Source: Nitrosopumilus sp.
GTDB taxonomy: Archaea; Thermoproteota; Nitrososphaeria; Nitrososphaerales; Nitrosopumilaceae
Direction: 5' to 3'
Assembly: GCA_965218695.1 (NCBI GenBank)
Contig: CBDCLR010000001.1
Coordinates: 1-21,191, forward strand
DNA length: 21,191 nt
The notes below the pieces were generated by a model. That model was not told the DNA's origin and ran no database searches. It worked only from the letters and a program-made list of their open reading frames with translations. Positions 16,515 to 21,191 of this stretch are shown piece after piece; positions within the stretch are counted from its first letter, which is position 1; every line of letters starts with the position of its first letter. The translations under genes were made by a program, and so were the position numbers.

Positions 16515-16818
16515 CGAAGTTTTAACGGCAGCGGACGCCTGCCGCTGCCCGTGGCCGACCCGAGTGTCGGCCGTAAACTGTCCCGGCGCAGCTCCGTGCG
16601 GCCGCCTCTTCAACGAGGAGGCAACCACATCCGGGGCTGGCTGTCGCGGCTCAGCAGTCGTACCGCCCCCATGCGGGCCGGTTCCGGCCCAAATGCCGCG
16701 CCGTCTGCCATACCGACGCTTTCCAGCGGTCTTCCAGCTCCCTAACTTAACGCCCCGGCGCCCCAATTGAGCACCTTCGTGAAAATGACGAAAAACCCCG
16801 AAGATTGAACAGAGTAGT
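16515..16818. repeat. Long inverted repeat, right copy
   Basis: Ends AAAAACCCCGAAGATTGAACAGAGTAGT and is the reverse-complement homolog of 14783-15184. Confidence 0.92.
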
Positions 16819-16996
16819 CCAGAAGGCTCTGTTCAGTTTTGGTGATCTGACACGCACCTGTTGGATTGAATTTGGCCTGTTTCACAATTTTGAACAGGCC
16901 CTGGGCGTGCAAAAAGGAGAACCTTATAGGTTAACAGCTGCTCAGCAAGTTGCTTGGCCTTCATTTTTCAACTCCATTTCAAGATTTTGCCTGCTC

Positions 16997-18181
16997 TCAA
17001 ATAACTTTCTTGCTCCAATCTACCCTGTACCCGTAAATTTCGTCAAACTGACTTGAGCCGTGTTTTGCCATGTAAGAAAGAAATTTTGCTCTAAACCATT
17101 TCATCATTGGGTTTTGCATGGTGGAGAACTTTCCTTGTCTTCTTGCCAGTAACACCATCTTCTCTACTCTTGGTTTCCGAAGTTGCTGGTATTTTGCAAA
17201 TGCTTTTTGCGTCTCAGGAGTATCGCGCATGCATTTTGCCAAAACAATTGAGCTTTCAAGCGCTAGAGACGCTCCCTGTCCGGCATGGGGAGTCATTGCA
17301 TGAGCCGAATCTCCTACAAGACAAACGTTGTCCTTATGCCAATATGGAAGGGATTCAATGTCATACAAAGGAATTTGGCTGATGTTTTCTCCGTTTTGAA
17401 TAAAACTTGAGACACAACTTGCATCGTGTTTGTATTGTTTTGAGACTTTTTGCTTCCATTGCTTGTAAGGAATAGATTTTAGATCTGACAAAGAGTCTTT
17501 GGGGATGGGAATCACACCTCCCCACAAGGCCTCTTGTTCAGGGGTTACAAAATAAACCATGTATGCTTTTTTTCCATAATGAAAAGATAATCTGCTCTTG
17601 GGCGCATCAGTTTGGTTTTGAGAAATTCCACCTGCAAGTACATTTCCAGAATATCTGGGAACAGGGCTGTCAGGCATGATAATCTTTCTAGTTTGTGAAT
17701 TAAGGCCATCACATCCAATCACACAATCACATTCAACACTACTATCATCTTTGAAAAACGCTGTAGTCAAATTGCTGGTATTGACATCAACTAATTTTTT
17801 GTTCCATTCTATTTTTATTCCACGCAATTCAAGCTCTTGTCTCAATAGTCTGTGCAATGAAGAGCGTTTGATAACCACTCCATGCGAACCGTATTTTTTT
17901 TCATGGTTAGACGTATCGACTTGAGCTATGGGCATTCCCAAGTGATTTTCAAATACCATGTTTTTACATTCATAGCCATGCTTTCTTACAACATCTTGTA
18001 TCCCTAGTGTTTTGAAGACATTCATCCCATTGGGACCAACATACAAAAACCAACCGCCGCTATTTTCGGTAGCGTCTTGCGATTCGTAAATAGTAGCAGG
18101 GATATCACATTTTTGTAGAGCCATGGCAAGAGCAGGACCTGCAATCCCACACCCAATTATCAGGGTATTTTTCTCAGACAT
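16997..18181 (-). CDS. FAD-dependent monooxygenase (group A flavoprotein, UbiH/aromatic hydroxylase family)
   Basis: 394 aa with IIGCGIAG, GCDGLNS and LVGDSAHAMTPHAGQGASLALE fingerprints. TTTTATAT box about 24 nt upstream. Confidence 0.93.
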   Translation of the reverse strand: MSEKNTLIIGCGIAGPALAMALQKCDIPATIYESQDATENSGGWFLYVGPNGMNVFKTLGIQDVVRKHGYECKNMVFENHLGMPIAQVDTSNHEKKYGSHGVVIKRSSLHRLLRQELELRGIKIEWNKKLVDVNTSNLTTAFFKDDSSVECDCVIGCDGLNSQTRKIIMPDSPVPRYSGNVLAGGISQNQTDAPKSRLSFHYGKKAYMVYFVTPEQEALWGGVIPIPKDSLSDLKSIPYKQWKQKVSKQYKHDASCVSSFIQNGENISQIPLYDIESLPYWHKDNVCLVGDSAHAMTPHAGQGASLALESSIVLAKCMRDTPETQKAFAKYQQLRKPRVEKMVLLARRQGKFSTMQNPMMKWFRAKFLSYMAKHGSSQFDEIYGYRVDWSKKVI

Positions 18182-18259
18182 ATCTAGGCAACAACAAGAA
18201 TACCATATAAAATGGTAACAGTTCGGGCGCCTGAAATTTGGTATTTCTTCCGATCTGGT

Positions 18260-18670
18260 CTAGCCGTGGATTTTATGCAGTGCGGCGTTCTGTATGAGCG
18301 TCATCCACTTGTTCCGACCATCGGCTTTGATGAGGGCGGCCTCGGCCGGGGTCATGCCGCCAATCCCACCGTGCTTTTTGGCATAGTTGTTGCACAGGTT
18401 GAGCTTTGAGAGTTCCATTATCCTAAAGCCCGAGTTTCTGTAGCCCTTGTTTTTCATGGCTATCTCCAGCACGACCTTGATGTGCTTGTAGTCGGCCTTC
18501 CGGTATGCATAGTCAGAACACTCGCAAACCAGCCCGGAGGCGGTTTCCCGCACCATATGCGACTTGTCGGGATCTGTCTGCGACCTTACCCGGAACTCTC
18601 CACAGCCCGTCTGGGTCGCGTAGCCCGGCTCCCACATCATCTGCTACGCTCTCTGTTCTCTCAGGTTCAT
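18260..18670 (-). pseudogene. SWIM-finger DDE-type transposase/integrase, internal deletion derivative
   Basis: MNLREQRA* then an in-frame continuation (stop at 18644-18646). Degenerate SWIM motif CECSD...YKH, and LNLC joined directly to a C-terminal NY..KH.GIGGMTPAEAA motif near 18391, with no catalytic core. Confidence 0.75.
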
Positions 18671-19086
18671 GTGAAAGCCCCCTTGAAAATTAATATGTGA
18701 TGTGATGCAAGAAAAAAGTGAAGGCTCAAGTGTCACGGCCAAATCCTGATTCTTATCACGACTCAGCTGAGGCGCGTAGCACATCGCGCTCGGCCATCTT
18801 TTCATCATCGCCTTCACACCAAAAGAAGGTAGAAAACAAGCTGGATGGGATTCAGGAGGTCTTGATGAAGATAGGGAAACATCTCGGTGCGTCCGACTTG
18901 GATTCAGACAAGCCCAGTGAGTAGCCTGTCTGAGACTTCTTTTTTCTTGTTCATGCATATCGGACTACTTCGAACAGACAAGGTACCTGCTGGAGAAGTT
19001 GTGCTGAGGTGCCCGCCACCCGAAGATTGCATGTCGCCGTAACTTCGTAGAACTTTCGTGGCAACCTTCAGGTCGCCAAGATGTTA

Positions 19087-19286
19087 TATAGCGCAGATCG
19101 AAAGTTCCTGCAGAGTATGTCACTGGCTTCGATCACGTTTGTCTCAAACATGGACGCCAGCCATTGACAATTGCCGCCTAATCCGTTCCTAATCTTGGCA
19201 TACATAACGTTCTGGTATGTGGCTTTGCAGAGAAGCCTGACTGAAATGATTCGTGGATTCTGCAAGAACTTTTAGTCGGCGCTATA
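19087..19286. mobile_element. IS630-type MITE (200 bp)
   Basis: TIRs TATAGCGCAGATCGAAAGTTCCTGCAG and revcomp TATAGCGCCGACTAAAAGTTCTTGCAG (22/27), TA at both ends, same end family as 1299-1474. Confidence 0.82.
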
Positions 19287-19359
19287 GTTAAATGTGGCAA
19301 TAAGGCTATAACTGCGATGCATTCTAATTGGAGCAATAGATCAAGTTGATGATTAGATT

Positions 19360-20331
19360 ATGACAAAGCAATCTAAATCTGATAATCCTAACAGAGGCAA
19401 ACTTCCCGTGATTGGTGTAGTGATTGCCATAGTTGTTGCTGTTGTTGTAATAACATTACTGCTATCTGGCTCATCTGTGTTTGTAGATCCTACTACAAAT
19501 GATGATAACGCAAAATCTAAGGATTCTAAAATAATTGATTGGCGCCATGTTCACGGTTTAGGGTTTGATCCTGATAATCGTTCGATTGTGTATATTGCAA
19601 CCCATGGTGACTTTTACCAAAGTATTGACGGCAAACCGCCAGTAAAAGTAGACAAGATACGTGCTGACTATATGGCATTTAGTGCATCATACGTTTCAGG
19701 GACCCCACTGTATGCAAGCGGTCATCCAGCAACTGGAGGAAATACTGGATTGATTAAAAGTAATGATGGAGGGATTACGTGGGAGCTTGTGTCAAATGTA
19801 ATAGAACCTCCAGTGGATTTTCATGCAATGGCAGTAAGCAACCATAATCCTAAAATTATAATTGGTTTTGATAGTGCAGCAAGAGGCTTATTTAAGACAG
19901 TTGATGGAGGAGAGACATGGGAGTCATTAGTGTATCCAGAGTATGTTTCTGCACTTGCAATATCTCCTGATGAATCACAGCTAATTTTTGCAGGAACTGG
20001 AAAAGGAATATTCAAGTCAGCTGATGGAGGAAAGACATGGATGCTTCTTGATGAATATAATGGAATGGGTGTTTTTGCGTTGGCATTTGATGAAGGGGGC
20101 ACATTGTTTGCATCAGTAGAGACATTTGGAATAGTAAAGTCAGATGACTTGGGGGAGTCATGGGAAGACATGCAGAGAGTTGATCTGACTGTTTTAAGTA
20201 TTGCAGCAGATTCTGAGAATAGCTACTTGTATGTTGGAGGTTATTCTTCTGAAGGATTCCAGCAGGTCTACAAAATTGCGTATGATTTTTCCAGCCATGA
20301 AGTGATTGGAACTAACAAAGGATTAGAGTAA
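19360..20331 (+). CDS. Membrane-anchored BNR/Asp-box beta-propeller protein (F510_1955-like)
   Basis: N-terminal TM helix, motifs HVHGLG, ATHG, ASGHP and DFHAM, and Asp boxes SNDGGITW, TVDGGETW, SADGGKTW, SDDLGESW. Confidence 0.85.
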   Translation: MTKQSKSDNPNRGKLPVIGVVIAIVVAVVVITLLLSGSSVFVDPTTNDDNAKSKDSKIIDWRHVHGLGFDPDNRSIVYIATHGDFYQSIDGKPPVKVDKIRADYMAFSASYVSGTPLYASGHPATGGNTGLIKSNDGGITWELVSNVIEPPVDFHAMAVSNHNPKIIIGFDSAARGLFKTVDGGETWESLVYPEYVSALAISPDESQLIFAGTGKGIFKSADGGKTWMLLDEYNGMGVFALAFDEGGTLFASVETFGIVKSDDLGESWEDMQRVDLTVLSIAADSENSYLYVGGYSSEGFQQVYKIAYDFSSHEVIGTNKGLE

Positions 20332-20479
20332 TAGAATCAATGTAAAACAGTCATCATCATGTAACTTATCCTAAAGAAGGGTTGTTGTTATAGATGCATA
20401 TCATAATAACTGAATCTATAAAAAATAATGCCAGACATATGTATCAATTAAGAGCATGACGTTTACTACAAATTGCCAC

Positions 20480-21191
20480 TATGGCACCGATCATAAATTC
20501 GTGCAGAGTGGCGCTGCCTTTCTGTGGGCAAATTTGAGTATGTCCAGCTTGAATCTCACGGTCCGATAATACGTGATGACGGCATTGCACATGTCAGCAA
20601 ACGTCCGATAGTATTCTGAGACGAGCAGGACCTGTTTTCCTCGGCGCCAGCATTCCTGGACCGCGTTGAGGTACGGGGATCCTTTCGGAAGATATATGAT
20701 CTTGATGTTCTTGTTCTCCCGCAACAATTTCTTGACGGATTTTGCGCGGTGCGGGGAGGCTCTGTCCGTCACCACCGCCACCTTCCCGAAGCGCCTCTGC
20801 ATCTCCTTGAGGTATCCGACGAAGGTGGGCGCGTCAAAGCTCTCGTGCGTCCTGAAGAACTGCCTGCCGTCCTTGGCGATGGCCCCGTAGACCACGATCC
20901 TCCTGTGGCTTCCTGTGTACGGCACGACTATCCTCTCTCCGCGCGGAGACCAATATTTGCGCCCAGATATCACATCGTGGATAAAGAAGGCTTCGTCCTC
21001 GTCCACTATGGTAAATCCGTCTCCCTCTAGGCGTGAAACACGCTTGTCGAAGCGATACTGCCAGCTCCGGACGGTCTCCTTGCCGGCCCTGTTGATGTGG
21101 ACCTTCTGCGGGATCTTGGGGGTCAGGCCGTGCCGGCGCATGGCCTTCCTGACGTTTGTTATGTGCAGCCTAGTGCCTGTATCCTCGCGTA
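20480..21191 (-). mobile_element. IS630-family element, 3' part (transposase frame 20491 to beyond 21191)
   Basis: Motifs DEDEA, TDRASPH and LPKGSPYLNAVQECW. The stop codon lies within the TIR at 20480-20506 and the frame stays open to the window edge. Confidence 0.9.

Noticed and set aside
14875-16770. Short ORFs inside the inverted repeats
   Set aside because: Frames are not conserved between the two copies, which differ by 1-2 nt indels.
14790-16811. Tn7/Mu-like TGT...ACA ends, or a casposon
   Set aside because: The flanks TACAC and GAGTA are not a 5-bp duplication, the symmetry extends out to TA, and there is no tns, cas1 or polB gene.
18718-18924. 68-aa ORF with a helical C-terminus
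   Set aside because: The N-terminal half is low complexity and no family is recognisable. It may be a remnant but cannot be supported.

Overview
Archaeal DNA, most likely a Nitrososphaerota (thaumarchaeal, Nitrosopumilaceae-like) genome. The basis is Alba, TATA boxes about 25 nt before leaderless starts, an intronless CCA-less tRNA-Lys(UUU) and thaumarchaeal-type hypothetical proteins. A host-associated (e.g. sponge) lifestyle is inference only. The first 4.1 kb is mostly housekeeping: PPK2, a HEAT-repeat protein, Alba, a PrpB/ICL-PEP mutase family enzyme and tRNA-Lys. The rest is a decaying accessory mosaic. It holds several dead IS630-family copies or fragments, two IS630-type MITEs, an internally deleted SWIM-DDE transposase, a 1633-aa DUF285/BspA-type repeat surface protein and a plasmid/iMGE-type P-loop ATPase. 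It also holds low-GC cargo genes: a secreted protein, an RHH regulator, an FAD monooxygenase and a BNR beta-propeller. The most striking unexplained feature is a pair of diverged 300-400 bp non-coding inverted repeats (14783-15184 and 16515-16818). They have TA-flanked outer ends, 21-bp-spaced repeated motifs and six hairpins supported by at least seven compensatory base changes between the copies, and they bracket two cargo genes. All alignments and folds were done by eye and no searches were run.
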